Virus genome (UHGV): UHGV-1420800
Strand: one strand, 5' to 3'
Source of the DNA: a virus
DNA: 24,301 nucleotides
A model generated the notes under the pieces. It ran no database searches, was not told the DNA's origin, and saw only the letters and a list, made by a program, of their open reading frames with translations. This document shows, in pieces, positions 8,368-19,421 of this stretch. The position numbers and the translations under genes are program-made. Within the stretch, counting starts at the first letter, position 1. Each line of letters opens with the position of its first letter.

Positions 8368-8655
8368 ATGACTGAACAAGAAATGCCGAGATACCAGTGC
8401 CACAAAAAAGTTCGCGCCCTGAAGATTGGCTCTATAGAACATAAGCCAAACCCAGATCAGTCTGGTAAGACTGGCTCTTCTAGTTATGGGGCAATTATTC
8501 ATCCGGATGATAAGAAATACGCAGCATTTGATGTTAGCGCGGAATATATCTGTAAGCACCGACCAATGTCTGGAGGCTATTACGTTGTCTATGAGGATGG
8601 ATATGAATCATATTCTCCTGCTGAGGTATTTGAGTCTGGATATTCAAAATTATAG
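8368..8655 (+). CDS. Hypothetical protein (95 aa, Tyr/Gly-rich C-terminus)
   Basis: ATG 8368 with GGAG upstream, 4 nt after the stop of the preceding ORF; no family recognised. Confidence 0.5.
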   Translation: MTEQEMPRYQCHKKVRALKIGSIEHKPNPDQSGKTGSSSYGAIIHPDDKKYAAFDVSAEYICKHRPMSGGYYVVYEDGYESYSPAEVFESGYSKL

Positions 8656-8664
8656 GAACCCTCT

Positions 8665-8844
8665 ATGACAAGCGTCGTTGATCTTGGTAAGGAGAAGAAA
8701 TTCCCAATTACTCAAGAGCTATACGAGCGGCTTGAAAGCGTCATCCATGATTACGATGGTGAAATCAGTTTATGCGAGGCGATTGGCGCACTCGAATTGC
8801 TGAAGCAGTCACTGATTGAAGGCGCGAAAGAGTCCTTAACCTGA
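8665..8844 (+). CDS. Hypothetical protein (59 aa)
   Basis: MTSVVDLGKEKKFPITQELYERLESVIHDYDGEISLCEAIGALELLKQSLIEGAKESLT; not in the ORF track (<60 aa); fills the gap before the small terminase gene. Confidence 0.4.
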   Translation: MTSVVDLGKEKKFPITQELYERLESVIHDYDGEISLCEAIGALELLKQSLIEGAKESLT

Positions 8845-8860
8845 ATAACGATTAAGTGAG

Positions 8861-9355
8861 ATGAATATGGCAGCACCAAAGGGCAACCGATTTTGGGAGG
8901 CCCGCAGTAGTCATGGGCGAAACCCTAAATTCGAATCGCCTGAGGCGCTGTGGGCTGCTTGTTGTGAATACTTCGAGTGGGTTGAAGCTAACCCGCTATG
9001 GGAGATGAAGGCGTTCTCGTATCAGGGTGAAGTGATACAAGAGCCTATCGCCAAGATGCGAGCGATGACCATTACCGGCCTCACTCTGTTCATTGATGTG
9101 ACGCTTGAAACATGGCGCACATATCGCCTGCGAGAAGATTTATCTGAAGTCGTTACGCGAGCAGAGCAGGTCATCTACGACCAGAAATTCTCTGGCGCAG
9201 CCGCTGACCTTCTCAACGCTAACATCATCGCCCGTGATTTGGGCCTCAAAGAGCAGTCGCAAGTTGAAGACGTGACACCTGATAAGGGAGATCGCGATAA
9301 GCGACGCTCTCGTATCAAGGAGCTATTCAACCGTGGAACTGGACGCGATTCTTGA
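8861..9355 (+). CDS. 3: Terminase small subunit (P22 gp3-like)
   Basis: 164 aa (or 162 from the second ATG at 8867); N-terminus [22 protein letters not shown] recognised as P22 gp3; contains the pac-like sequence; overlaps the large terminase start. Confidence 0.9.
   Translation: MNMAAPKGNRFWEARSSHGRNPKFESPEALWAACCEYFEWVEANPLWEMKAFSYQGEVIQEPIAKMRAMTITGLTLFIDVTLETWRTYRLREDLSEVVTRAEQVIYDQKFSGAAADLLNANIIARDLGLKEQSQVEDVTPDKGDRDKRRSRIKELFNRGTGRDS
9134..9155 (+). other. Candidate pac site (headful packaging initiation sequence) inside the small terminase gene
   Basis: GAAGATTTATCTGAAGTCGTTA at 9134-9155, matching my recollection of the 22-bp P22 pac site, about 270 nt into gene 3. Confidence 0.55.
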
Positions 9356-10832
9356 TAACCTGAGCGACGAAGAGCAAATCGAATTGCTCGAGCTACTCGA
9401 AGAAGAAGAAAACTACCGGAACACACACCTGCTATATGAATTTACGCCATACAGCAAACAGCGTGAGTTCATCGACGCCGGGCATGACTATCCAGAGCGC
9501 TGCTTTATGGCTGGTAACCAGCTTGGTAAGTCATTTACTGGTGCTGCTGAAGTCGCGTTTCACCTTACCGGGCGTTATCCGGGAACAAAAGGCTATCCGG
9601 CTGATGGTAAATATGGCGGGGAGTGGAAAGGTAAGCGTTTCTATGAGCCTGTTGTCTTCTGGATTGGTGGCGAGACAAACGAGACTGTAACCAAAACGAC
9701 TCAACGCATCCTGTGCGGTCGTATTGAAGAGAATGATGAGCCTGGCTACGGTTCCATACCGAAAGAGGACATCATTAGCTGGAAGAAGTCTCCTTTCTTT
9801 CCGAACCTTGTTGATCATCTTCTGGTTAAGCATCACACGGCTGATGGCGTTGAAGATGGCATTTCAATCTGCTACTTCAAACCATACTCGCAAGGCCGCG
9901 CTCGCTGGCAGGGTGACACAATCCACGGCGTGTGGTTTGACGAAGAGCCACCATACAGCATTTATGGCGAAGGCCTTACCCGTACCAACAAATACGGGCA
10001 ATTCTCAATTCTGACGTTTACCCCGCTGATGGGGATGTCTGACGTTGTTACCAAGTTCCTGAAGAATCCCAGCAAGTCGCAGAAAGTGGTCAACATGACC
10101 ATCTATGACGCTGAGCACTATACCGACGAGCAGAAAGAGCAAATCATCGCATCCTATCCAGAGCATGAGAGAGAGGCTCGAGCTCGAGGTATTCCTACGA
10201 TGGGTAGTGGTCGAATCTTCCAGATACCGGAAGAGACGATTAAGTGTCAGCCGTTCGAGTGTCCTGATCACTTCTACGTAATTGGCGGTATGGATTTCGG
10301 ATGGGATCACCCACAAGCGCAGGTTCAGCTTTGGTGGGATAAGGACGCAGACACAATCTACGTTTCACGCGTGTGGAAGGCGAAAGAAAAAACAGCCGTT
10401 CAGGCATGGGGAGCGGTTAAATCATGGGCGCATAAAGTGCCAACAGCATGGCCTCATGACGGAAACCAGCATGAGAAGGGCGGCGGTGAGCAGCTCAAAG
10501 GGCAGTATGCAGACGCTGGTTTTATGATGTTGCAGGAGCATGCGACATGGCCTGATGGCGGTAATGCTGTGGAGCCTGGCATCACTGAATTGCGCGACAT
10601 GATGCTCGATGGTCGCTTCAAAGTATTCAACACCTGTGAGCCATTCTTTGAGGAGTTCCGCCTCTATCACCGTGATGAAAACGGGAAGATCGTCAAGCTT
10701 AACGACGACGTTCTCTCAGCCGTTCGCTATGCATACATGATGCGCCGCTTCGCAAAAATGATGCGCGACATCAAAAAACCAAAAGAGAAAAAGATACCAG
10801 CCCCAATCAGGCCCATCGCACGGAGAACTTAA
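9333..10832 (+). CDS. 2: Terminase large subunit (P22 gp2-like; ATPase and nuclease)
   Basis: 499 aa, same length as P22 gp2; acidic N-terminus, ATPase-type motif region (GNQLGKS), position between gp3 and portal. Confidence 0.9.
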   Translation: MELDAILDNLSDEEQIELLELLEEEENYRNTHLLYEFTPYSKQREFIDAGHDYPERCFMAGNQLGKSFTGAAEVAFHLTGRYPGTKGYPADGKYGGEWKGKRFYEPVVFWIGGETNETVTKTTQRILCGRIEENDEPGYGSIPKEDIISWKKSPFFPNLVDHLLVKHHTADGVEDGISICYFKPYSQGRARWQGDTIHGVWFDEEPPYSIYGEGLTRTNKYGQFSILTFTPLMGMSDVVTKFLKNPSKSQKVVNMTIYDAEHYTDEQKEQIIASYPEHEREARARGIPTMGSGRIFQIPEETIKCQPFECPDHFYVIGGMDFGWDHPQAQVQLWWDKDADTIYVSRVWKAKEKTAVQAWGAVKSWAHKVPTAWPHDGNQHEKGGGEQLKGQYADAGFMMLQEHATWPDGGNAVEPGITELRDMMLDGRFKVFNTCEPFFEEFRLYHRDENGKIVKLNDDVLSAVRYAYMMRRFAKMMRDIKKPKEKKIPAPIRPIARRT

Positions 10833-12998
10833 ATGGCCGACGAAAACAGACTCAATTCCATTCTGTGTAAGTTTGACGCGGACTGGATGGCGAGCGATGA
10901 AGCCAGAACCGAGGCGACAAATGACCTGTATTTTAGCCGAGTGTCGCAATGGGATGACTGGCTATCAAACTACACGACCCTGCAATATCGCGGACAATTC
11001 GATGTTGTTCGCCCGGTGGTCAGGAAACTGGTCGCAGAGATGCGCCGGAACCCTATCGACGTTCTCTTCCGACCAAAAGACGGCGCTAATCCTGATGCTG
11101 CCGATGTGTTGATGGGAATGTATCGTACCGATATGCGCCATAACACGGCAAAGATTGCCGTTAACGTTGGAGTTCGTGAGCAGATAGAGTCCGGCGTTGG
11201 TGCATGGCGTCTGGTCACCCAGTACGAAGACAACGACCCAACAAGCAACAATCAGGTAATCCGACGCCTTCCAATCCATGAAGCCTGCTCACACGTCATA
11301 TGGGACGCCAACAGCAAGCAGATGGATAAGAGCGACGCTAAGCACTGCACGGTGATTAACGCCTTGTCGCGCAATGGCTGGAAAGAGTTCGCAGAGGATT
11401 ACGGTATTGATCCTGACACCCTGCCATCTTTCCAGAATCCGAACGACACATGGCTGTTTCCGTGGGTATCGAATGATGTCGTCTACGTCGCTGAGTATTA
11501 CGAGGTAGAAGAGAAGAAGGAGAAAGTCTTCATCTACCGCGACCCGCTGACAGGTGAGCCGGTCAGCTATTACCAGCAGGATATCAAAGACGTCATCGAC
11601 GACCTGGCTAATCGTGGATTCATTAAGGTAGCAGAGCGCAAGGTGAAGCGTCGGCGTGTGTATAAGTCGATCATCACCTGCACGCAGATACTGAAAGACC
11701 GCGAGAAGATAGCCGGAGAGCATATTCCAATCGTTCCAGTGTATGGCGAATGGTCATTCGCTGGTGACAAGGAGTGCTACGAAGGAGTGGTAAGGCTGAC
11801 GAAAGACGGTCAGCGCCTTCGTAACATGATCATGTCATTCAACGCCGATATTGTTGCTCGTTCACCGAAGAAGAAACCGACCTTCTTCCCAGAGCAAATC
11901 GAAGGCTACGAATACATGTACGGTGGAAATGATGACTATCCGTACTATTTGCAGAACAAGACCGATGAAAACGGTAACGACCTGCCGATTGGTCCAATCT
12001 CCTACATGGAAAACCCTGAAGTGCCGCAAGCCAACGCTTACATGCTTGAGGCTGCCACCAACGCAGTGAAAGAGGTGGCTAGTCTTGGCGTGGATGCGCA
12101 GGCGGCAAACTCTCAGGTCGCTTTCGATACCGTCAATCAACTGAACATGCGGGCAGACCTTGAGACATACGTGTTTCAGGATAACCTGGCTACCGCAATG
12201 CGACGTGATGGCGAGATTTATGCCTCAATGGTCAATGATATTTATGACGTTCCTCGTCATGTAACGCTGACACTTGAAGATGGAAGCGAGAAAGACGTTC
12301 AACTCTATGCGCAAGTTGTCGATTACCAGTCCGGCAATGTGGTCACACTCAACGACATTCGCGGTCGCTATGAGTGCTATACAGACGTCGGACCATCCTT
12401 CCAGAGCATGAAGGAACAGAACCGCGCAGAGATTCAGGAGTTGCTCACCAAGGTTCCGCAAGGTACTCCAGAGTTCCAGATGCTGATGCTGCAATACTTC
12501 ACGCTGCTTGACGGTAAAGGCGTCGAGATGATGCGAGAGTACGCGAACAAGCAACTGGTGATGATGGGGCTGAAGAAACCAGAAACACCTGAAGAGATGG
12601 AGATGGTACAACAGGCGCAACAGCAGCCGCAGCAGCCATCAGCAGAGCAAATTCAGGCGCAGGGTATCCTTCTGCAAGGTCAGGCTGAATTGCTCAAGGC
12701 AGAGAACCAACAGGCGCAGATTCAGGTTGAAGCTGCCAAGGTTGAAGCACAAAACCAACTCAACGCGGCGAAGATTGCGGAAATCTTCAACAATATGGAC
12801 CTCGACAAGCAGGCAGAACTGCGTGAGTACCTCAAGCTCGTAGGTCAATTCCAGCAACAGCGCAGCAAAGATGCTCGTGCTAACGCTGAGCTGCTTCTTA
12901 AAGATGCAGACCAGACTCATTCACAACGCATGGATTTCGCGAATCTTATGCGTCAAGTTCAAATCCCCTCCGGCGGAGTAGCCGAGACACCTCAATAA
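10833..12998 (+). CDS. 1: Portal protein (P22 gp1-like)
   Basis: 721 aa; Q/A-rich C-terminal coiled-coil region (QQAQQQPQQ...[16 protein letters not shown]) typical of the P22 portal barrel; sits immediately after the terminase. Confidence 0.95.
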   Translation: MADENRLNSILCKFDADWMASDEARTEATNDLYFSRVSQWDDWLSNYTTLQYRGQFDVVRPVVRKLVAEMRRNPIDVLFRPKDGANPDAADVLMGMYRTDMRHNTAKIAVNVGVREQIESGVGAWRLVTQYEDNDPTSNNQVIRRLPIHEACSHVIWDANSKQMDKSDAKHCTVINALSRNGWKEFAEDYGIDPDTLPSFQNPNDTWLFPWVSNDVVYVAEYYEVEEKKEKVFIYRDPLTGEPVSYYQQDIKDVIDDLANRGFIKVAERKVKRRRVYKSIITCTQILKDREKIAGEHIPIVPVYGEWSFAGDKECYEGVVRLTKDGQRLRNMIMSFNADIVARSPKKKPTFFPEQIEGYEYMYGGNDDYPYYLQNKTDENGNDLPIGPISYMENPEVPQANAYMLEAATNAVKEVASLGVDAQAANSQVAFDTVNQLNMRADLETYVFQDNLATAMRRDGEIYASMVNDIYDVPRHVTLTLEDGSEKDVQLYAQVVDYQSGNVVTLNDIRGRYECYTDVGPSFQSMKEQNRAEIQELLTKVPQGTPEFQMLMLQYFTLLDGKGVEMMREYANKQLVMMGLKKPETPEEMEMVQQAQQQPQQPSAEQIQAQGILLQGQAELLKAENQQAQIQVEAAKVEAQNQLNAAKIAEIFNNMDLDKQAELREYLKLVGQFQQQRSKDARANAELLLKDADQTHSQRMDFANLMRQVQIPSGGVAETPQ

Positions 12999-13011
12999 GA
13001 GAGAGTTAATC

Positions 13012-13923
13012 ATGGACCAAACCACCGACATTCAGGCTTCTGAAGAATTAACCCTGCCCGGCAATCATGCAGCGGCATCTGCTGATGGCTTAGTTGTCGA
13101 TAATGCCAACGACAACGCAGGTCAGGAAGAAGGCTTCGAGATTGTCCTGAAAGACGATGAGAAACCAAAACAAGACCCGGCAACTAATGCTGAATTTGCC
13201 CGTCGCCGCATCGAACGCAAACGCCAGCGTGAGCTTGAGCAGCAGATGGAAGCAGTTAAGCGTGGAGAGTTGCCGGATCACCTGCGGGTGAACCCTGAGT
13301 TACCAAAACAACCAGACCCTAACGATTATCTTTCCGAAGATGCACTGGCTAAGTACGACTATGACCAGAGCCGCGCACTGGCTGCCTTCCAGCAGGCAAA
13401 CAGTGAATGGCAGATCAAGGCTATGGACGCACGAAGCCAGGCTGTCGCCGAGCAGGGTCGCAAAACTCAGGAGTTCACCCAGCAATCAGCGCAATACGTC
13501 GAGGCAGCCCGTAAGCACTACGACGCAGCGGAAAAGCTCAATATCCCTGACTATCAGGAGAAAGAGGATGCATTCATGCAACTGGTGCCGCCAGCAGTCG
13601 GTGCCGACATCATGCGCCTCTTCCCGGAGAAATCCGCTGCTCTCATGTATCACCTTGGTGCTAATCCTGAGAAAACACGCCAGTTGCTGGCGATGGACTG
13701 GCAATCCGCGCTGATTGAACTCACTCGACTGTCAGAACGTTTAACTCTCAAGCCTCGAGCCAAGCCTGTTTCAGAAGCCCCGTTACCTGATGAACCCATT
13801 CAGGGACACGCTGTTGCTGCAAATATCTCTGCGATTGAAAAGCAGATGGAAGCGGCAGCAAACAAAGGGGATGTAGAGACATACCGCAAGCTCAAGGCGC
13901 AACTGAATAAAGGAATTCGATAA
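13012..13923 (+). CDS. 8: Scaffolding protein (P22 gp8-like)
   Basis: 303 aa (same as P22 gp8), highly charged helical protein; conserved C-terminal coat-binding region recognised ([16 protein letters not shown]...[16 protein letters not shown]). Confidence 0.9.
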   Translation: MDQTTDIQASEELTLPGNHAAASADGLVVDNANDNAGQEEGFEIVLKDDEKPKQDPATNAEFARRRIERKRQRELEQQMEAVKRGELPDHLRVNPELPKQPDPNDYLSEDALAKYDYDQSRALAAFQQANSEWQIKAMDARSQAVAEQGRKTQEFTQQSAQYVEAARKHYDAAEKLNIPDYQEKEDAFMQLVPPAVGADIMRLFPEKSAALMYHLGANPEKTRQLLAMDWQSALIELTRLSERLTLKPRAKPVSEAPLPDEPIQGHAVAANISAIEKQMEAAANKGDVETYRKLKAQLNKGIR

Positions 13924-15218
13924 TGGCATTAAATGAAGGTCAACTGGTCACGTATGCTCTGGATGAAATCATCGAAACCGTCCAGAACCTGACGCCAATG
14001 GCGTCCAAAGTGACAAAATACACCCCTCCGGCAGAATCCATGCAGCGTTCAAGCAACACCGTGTGGATGCCTGTTGAGCAGGAAGCGCCAACCCAGACTG
14101 GCTGGGATTTAACTGGCAACGCAACCGGGATTCTGGAACTCTCCGTGAAATGCAACATGGGCGATCCGGATAACGATTTCTTCGAGCTTCGTGCAGATGA
14201 CCTGCGTGATGAGCGTTCTTACCGTCGCCGCATCCAGGCATCCGCCAAAAAACTGGCGAATAACATTGAGTCAGCGATTGCCAAACAGGCAACTGAAATG
14301 GGCTCGCTTGTTGTTCACGATACCCGCGCAATTGGTCCATCTACTGGCCTGTCTGGCTGGGATTTTGTGTCTGATGCAGAGCGCCTGATGTTCTCCCGTG
14401 AGCTAAACCGCGATATGGGCATCAGTTACTTCCTGAACCCTGACGATTACCGCAAAGCAGGCCGCAACCTGGTAGATGGTGACATCTTTGGGCGCGTTAC
14501 TGAAGAAGCGTATCGCAACGGTACTATTCAGCGTCAGATTGCTGGCTTTGATGAAATTCTTCGCTCACCGAAACTTCCGGCAGTTACCAAGTCAACCGCT
14601 ACTGGTGTAACTGTTTCTGGTGCGCAGAAGTTTAAGCCGCAGGCATACACCCTTGATACCGATGGTAACAAAGAGAACGTCGATAACCGTGTTGCAACGG
14701 TGACCGTATCCTCCACCACCGGATTTAAGCGCGGCGACAAAATCAGCTTCACTGGTGTGAAATTCCTGTCTCAGATGGCGAAGAACGTGCTGACTGATGA
14801 TGCGACTTTCTCAATCACCCGTGTGATCGATGGTACTCACATCGAAATCACGCCGAAGCCGATTGCGCTGGATGACGCGTCACTGACAAAAGAAGAGAAG
14901 GCTTACGCTAACGTAAACACCTCTCTTGCTGATAGCACTCCGGTAAACGTTCTGAACGTGGCAACAACCACCGCTAACGTGTTCTGGGCTGATGACTCAA
15001 TCCGTCTGCTGTCTCAGCCGATCCCGGTAACCCATGAACTGTTTGCTGGCATGAAAACGTCTTCCTTCAGCATTCCTGGTATTGGTGTTAACGGCATCTT
15101 CGCAACGCAGGGTGATATCAACACTCTGTCTGGTAAGTGCCGTATTGCTGTGTGGTATTCAGCATGTGCTGTACGACCAGAGGCAATTGGTGTTGGTCTG
15201 CCTAACCAGACTGCGTGA
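13923..15218 (+). CDS. 5: Major capsid (coat) protein (P22 gp5-like, HK97 fold)
   Basis: 431 aa; MALNEGQ... N-terminus and many recognisable P22 coat stretches ([45 protein letters not shown]). Confidence 0.95.
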   Translation: MALNEGQLVTYALDEIIETVQNLTPMASKVTKYTPPAESMQRSSNTVWMPVEQEAPTQTGWDLTGNATGILELSVKCNMGDPDNDFFELRADDLRDERSYRRRIQASAKKLANNIESAIAKQATEMGSLVVHDTRAIGPSTGLSGWDFVSDAERLMFSRELNRDMGISYFLNPDDYRKAGRNLVDGDIFGRVTEEAYRNGTIQRQIAGFDEILRSPKLPAVTKSTATGVTVSGAQKFKPQAYTLDTDGNKENVDNRVATVTVSSTTGFKRGDKISFTGVKFLSQMAKNVLTDDATFSITRVIDGTHIEITPKPIALDDASLTKEEKAYANVNTSLADSTPVNVLNVATTTANVFWADDSIRLLSQPIPVTHELFAGMKTSSFSIPGIGVNGIFATQGDINTLSGKCRIAVWYSACAVRPEAIGVGLPNQTA

Positions 15219-15224
15219 TAACCA

Positions 15225-15250
15225 GAGGGAGCTTCGGCTCCCTTTTTTAT
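15225..15250 (+). terminator. Intrinsic terminator downstream of coat gene
   Basis: gggagc-ttcg-gctccc hairpin (6-bp stem, UUCG tetraloop) at 15227-15242 followed by TTTTTT. Confidence 0.75.
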
Positions 15251-15262
15251 CTGGAGACAAGC

Positions 15263-15494
<232 letters not shown>

Positions 15495-15517
<23 letters not shown>

Positions 15518-15995
15518 TTTAGTTCTTGCGGCATTACGTAAGCTCGGTGTGGCATCAAATGCCACGTTAACCGATGTCGAACCGCAGTCTATGGAAGACG
15601 GCGTCAACGACCTTGAAATGATGATGGCGGAATGGCTTGGCGGTGATGCGTCACCAGGTATCAACGTTGGCTACATTTTCGCTGATGCAGATGTCGCTCC
15701 AGATCCGGGCGATGAGCACGGTTTATCAAATAACGCTATCAATGCCGTCATTTTCAACCTTGCCTGCCGCATTGCTCCAGATTATGCGCTGGAAGCTTCT
15801 GCAAAACTTATAACCACTGCCAGATACGGGAAAGAGCGACTCGTCAAACTGTCTGCAATGGACAGAGCAAAAGCCGCTAAATGTAAGTCTGGTTATCCAA
15901 ACCGTATGCCTGTTGGTAGCGGTAATCAGTTGGCGAAGTGGAACGGTTGGAATTACTTCCACCGGAAGGAACCTTGCGATAACGGGAGCGAATAA
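15495..15995 (+). CDS. 4: Head completion / tail accessory factor gp4 (P22 gp4-like; portal-binding, reported muralytic activity)
   Basis: 166 aa from ATG 15495: [33 protein letters not shown]..., recognised as P22 gp4; AAGG-type RBS upstream. The ORF track start at 15402 would add an SQ-repeat extension, which is judged unlikely. Confidence 0.85.
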
Positions 15996-17414
15996 ATGCC
16001 GATTCAGCAACTTCCGCTTATGAAAGGTGTCGGCAAAGACTTTCGAAACGCCGACTATATCGACTATCTGCCAGTGAATATGTTGGCTACACCCAAAGAA
16101 ATCCTGAACAGCAGCGGATATCTTCGCTCATTCCCGGGCATTGCCAAACGTTCTGATGTGAACGGCGTATCGCGCGGCGTCGAGTACAACATGGCGCAGA
16201 GTGCTGTTTATCGCGTGTGTGGTGGCAAGCTCTACAAAGGAGAAAGTGAAGTCGGTGATGTTTCCGGAAGTGGTCGTGTATCAATGGCGCATGGTCGGAC
16301 ATCTCAGGCGGTTGGCGTTAACGGGCAACTGGTCGAGTATCGCTATGATGGCACGGTTAAAACCGTCTCAAACTGGCCTACAGACAGCGGATTCACGCAG
16401 TATGAGTTAGGCTCAGTCCGCGACATTACGCGCTTACGTGGGCGTTATGCGTGGTCAAAAGACGGAACTGATTCATGGTTCATCACTGACCTTGAAGACG
16501 AATCGCATCCTGACCGCTACAGCGCACAATATCGTGCAGAATCGCAGCCTGACGGCATCATTGGCATCGGAACATGGCGAGACTTCATCGTCTGTTTTGG
16601 TTCATCGACGATTGAGTATTTTTCCCTGACGGGTGCAACCACCGTTGGTGCTGCTTTGTATGTCGCACAGCCATCTCTTATGGTGCAGAAAGGCATTGCC
16701 GGAACTTACTGCAAAACGCCATTCGCTGATTCTTATGCGTTCATCAGCAATCCGGCAACGGGTGCACCGTCTGTATACATCATTGGCTCCGGGCAGGTGT
16801 CACCAATCGCCAGCGCGAGCATTGAGAAAATCCTCCGCTCCTACACTGCTAATGAACTGGCTGATGGTGTAATGGAATCGCTGCGATTTGATGCGCATGA
16901 GCTTCTGATTATCCATCTTCCGCGTCACGTCCTTGTGTACGACGCATCTTCAAGCGCCAATGGTCCTCAATGGTGTGTGCTGAAAACAGGGCTGTATGAC
17001 GATGTGTACCGCGCTATCGACTTCATTTACGAAGGCAATCAGATAACGTGCGGCGATAAGCTGGAATCGGTTACCGGCAAATTGCAGTTCGATATCAGCA
17101 GCCAGTACGACAAGCAACAGGAACACCTGCTGTTTACTCCACTGTTCAAAGCGGATAACGCCAGAGTGTTCGACCTTGAGGTTGAATCGTCAACTGGCGT
17201 TGCGCAGTACGCCGACCGCCTGTTCCTCTCTGCAACCACTGACGGCATAAATTACGGTCGTGAGCAGATGATTGAGCAGAATGAACCATTCGTTTACGAC
17301 AAACGCGTTTTGTGGAAGAAAGTAGGGCGCATCAGGAAAAACATTGGTTTCAAATTGCGCGTTATCACGAAGTCACCTGTCACTCTGTCTGGCGCTCAGA
17401 TAAGGATTGAGTAA
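15996..17414 (+). CDS. 10: Tail accessory factor gp10 (P22 gp10-like)
   Basis: 472 aa, same length as P22 gp10; in the conserved order 4-10-26. Confidence 0.9.
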   Translation: MPIQQLPLMKGVGKDFRNADYIDYLPVNMLATPKEILNSSGYLRSFPGIAKRSDVNGVSRGVEYNMAQSAVYRVCGGKLYKGESEVGDVSGSGRVSMAHGRTSQAVGVNGQLVEYRYDGTVKTVSNWPTDSGFTQYELGSVRDITRLRGRYAWSKDGTDSWFITDLEDESHPDRYSAQYRAESQPDGIIGIGTWRDFIVCFGSSTIEYFSLTGATTVGAALYVAQPSLMVQKGIAGTYCKTPFADSYAFISNPATGAPSVYIIGSGQVSPIASASIEKILRSYTANELADGVMESLRFDAHELLIIHLPRHVLVYDASSSANGPQWCVLKTGLYDDVYRAIDFIYEGNQITCGDKLESVTGKLQFDISSQYDKQQEHLLFTPLFKADNARVFDLEVESSTGVAQYADRLFLSATTDGINYGREQMIEQNEPFVYDKRVLWKKVGRIRKNIGFKLRVITKSPVTLSGAQIRIE

Positions 17415-18262
17415 TGGCGGATTCGAATCTCAATGTGCCGGTAATCATCCAAGCTACGCGGCTCGATACATCAGTCCTTCCACGCAATATCTTCTCGCAG
17501 TCGTATCTGCTTTACGTTATCGCACAGGGCACTGATGTTGGTAACGTGGCTAACAAGGCCAACGAGGCCGGACAGGGCGCTTATGACGCACAAGTCAGGA
17601 ACGATGAGCAGGATGTGATTCTCGCTGACCATGAGCAGCGAATTTCTGCTGCGGAAGCAACGCTTGTTAATCATGAGGAGCGAATCAGCCAGGCAGAATC
17701 AACTCTTCAGGAACATGAAACACGAATAGCTCAGAATGAAAGCGATATTGCGTCTCTTGATACCAGAGTTCAGTCGCTCGAATCGCAGGTTTCAGACCAT
17801 GAAACGCGCATCGATGCTCTGGAGTATGCCACTACTCGCAAAAAGTCAGAGGTTGTTTACTCTGGCGTATCTGTAACCATCCCGACAGCGCCGACCAACC
17901 TTGTTAGCCTGCTGAAAACGCTCACTCCGTCATCCGGCACGTTGGCACCGTTCTTCGACACCGTTAACAACAAGATGGTTGTGTTCAACGAGAACAAAAC
18001 CTTGTTCTTCAAGCTGTCGATCGTCGGGACGTGGCCCAGCGGAACCGCCAACAGGTCAATGCAGCTAACCTTTTCCGGCTCTGTTCCTGACACACTGGTA
18101 AGCAGTCGCAACTCGGCGACAACAACCGATAACATCTTGTTAGCTATGTTCTTCAGCGTGGATAAAGACGGCTTTCTTGCCACAAATGGCAGCACGTTAA
18201 CCATTCAGTCAAATGGTGCGGCGTTTACTGCCACAACCATCAAGATAATCGCGGAGCAGTAA
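17414..18262 (+). CDS. 26: Tail needle protein (gp26 family) with non-P22 C-terminal domain
   Basis: N-terminus [43 protein letters not shown] matches the P22 gp26 gp10-binding tip; followed by a trimeric coiled-coil with repeated HE-RI motifs and a roughly 140-aa C-terminal domain unlike P22's. At 282 aa it is longer than the 233 aa I recall for P22 gp26. Confidence 0.8.
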   Translation: MADSNLNVPVIIQATRLDTSVLPRNIFSQSYLLYVIAQGTDVGNVANKANEAGQGAYDAQVRNDEQDVILADHEQRISAAEATLVNHEERISQAESTLQEHETRIAQNESDIASLDTRVQSLESQVSDHETRIDALEYATTRKKSEVVYSGVSVTIPTAPTNLVSLLKTLTPSSGTLAPFFDTVNNKMVVFNENKTLFFKLSIVGTWPSGTANRSMQLTFSGSVPDTLVSSRNSATTTDNILLAMFFSVDKDGFLATNGSTLTIQSNGAAFTATTIKIIAEQ

Positions 18263-18717
18263 TGATTCAGTTCAAACCAACGCGAAACATCGACCTGATC
18301 GAAGCAGTCGGAAATCACCCTGACATTATTGCCGGAAGCAACAATGGTGATGGATACGATTACAAGCCTGAATGCCGTTACTTTGAGGTTAACGTGCACG
18401 GTCAGTTTGGCGGCATTGTTTACTATCAGGAGATTCAGCCGCTGACATTCGATTGCCACGCCATGTACCTGTCAGAGATTCGCGGCTTCAGCAAGGAAAT
18501 CGGGCTGGCGTTCTGGCGATACATTCTGACTAACACCACCGTTCAGTGCGTCACATCGTTCGCTGCGCGCAAATTCCGCCACGGTCAGATGTACTGCGCA
18601 ATGATTGGCCTTAAGCGTGTAGGAACCATCAAGAAATACTTCAAAGGCGTGGATGACGTGACGTTTTACAGCGCCACACGCGAAGAACTAATCGACTTCC
18701 TGAATCACGGGAGATAG
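18262..18717 (+). CDS. gp14-like virion assembly/ejection-associated protein
   Basis: 151-aa ORF in the slot occupied by gene 14 in P22-like phages (between tail needle and ejection proteins); assignment by synteny only. Confidence 0.5.
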   Translation: MIQFKPTRNIDLIEAVGNHPDIIAGSNNGDGYDYKPECRYFEVNVHGQFGGIVYYQEIQPLTFDCHAMYLSEIRGFSKEIGLAFWRYILTNTTVQCVTSFAARKFRHGQMYCAMIGLKRVGTIKKYFKGVDDVTFYSATREELIDFLNHGR

Positions 18718-18719
18718 CT

Positions 18720-19412
18720 ATGTTATATGCATTTAAGCTGGGCAGAAAACTGCGCGGCGAGGAACCTTATTGCCCTGAAAAAGGCGGGAAAGGTGGCAGC
18801 TCTGATAAAAGCGCAAAGTATGCAGCAGAAGCTCAGAAGTATGCCGCAGACCTGCAAAATCAGCAGTGGCAGACGATCATGAAAAACCTTGCTCCGTTCA
18901 CGCCGCTTGCGGAGCAGTATGTTAACCAGCTTCAGAATCTTTCCAGTTTAGAAGGTCAGGGGCAGGCACTTAATCAGTATTACAACTCTCAGCAGTATAA
19001 AGACCTTGCAGGTCAGGCGCGTTACCAGAGTCTTGCTGCTGCGGAGGCGACGGGTGGACTTGGTTCGACAGCCACAAGCAATCAACTGGCTACGATCGCG
19101 CCGACACTCGGTCAGTCTTGGTTATCAAATCAGATGAGCAATTACAACAATCTGGCAAACGTTGGGCTTGGTGCGCTGCAAGGTCAGGCAAACGCCGGGC
19201 AGACGTACGCCAACAACATGAGCAGCATTGCACAGCAAAGCGCAGCACTTGCCGCTGCTAATGCCAATAAACCATCAAGTCTTCAGACTGCAATTAGCGG
19301 CGGCACGTCTGGTGCGATTGCCGGTGCAGGTCTTGCCAGCCTTTTGGGAACATCAACGCCTTGGGGCGCTGGCATTGGTGCTGGTATCGGATTGCTTGGC
19401 TCGTTGTTTTAA
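18720..19412 (+). CDS. 7: Ejection (internal virion) protein gp7-like
   Basis: 230 aa; N-terminus MLYAFKLGRKLRGEEPYCPEKGGKGG recognised as gp7 type; Gly/Ala-rich hydrophobic C-terminus. Confidence 0.85.
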   Translation: MLYAFKLGRKLRGEEPYCPEKGGKGGSSDKSAKYAAEAQKYAADLQNQQWQTIMKNLAPFTPLAEQYVNQLQNLSSLEGQGQALNQYYNSQQYKDLAGQARYQSLAAAEATGGLGSTATSNQLATIAPTLGQSWLSNQMSNYNNLANVGLGALQGQANAGQTYANNMSSIAQQSAALAAANANKPSSLQTAISGGTSGAIAGAGLASLLGTSTPWGAGIGAGIGLLGSLF

Positions 19413-19421
19413 GGGGTAATC

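Noticed and set aside
10965-12620. Several 90-145-aa reverse-strand ORFs inside the portal gene (e.g. 11289-11723, 12225-12620) and similar antisense or alternate-frame ORFs inside helicase, terminase, coat, gp10, gp16
   Set aside because: All lie within long, well-supported genes on the opposite strand or in an alternative frame; there is no independent evidence for them. Treated as chance open frames.
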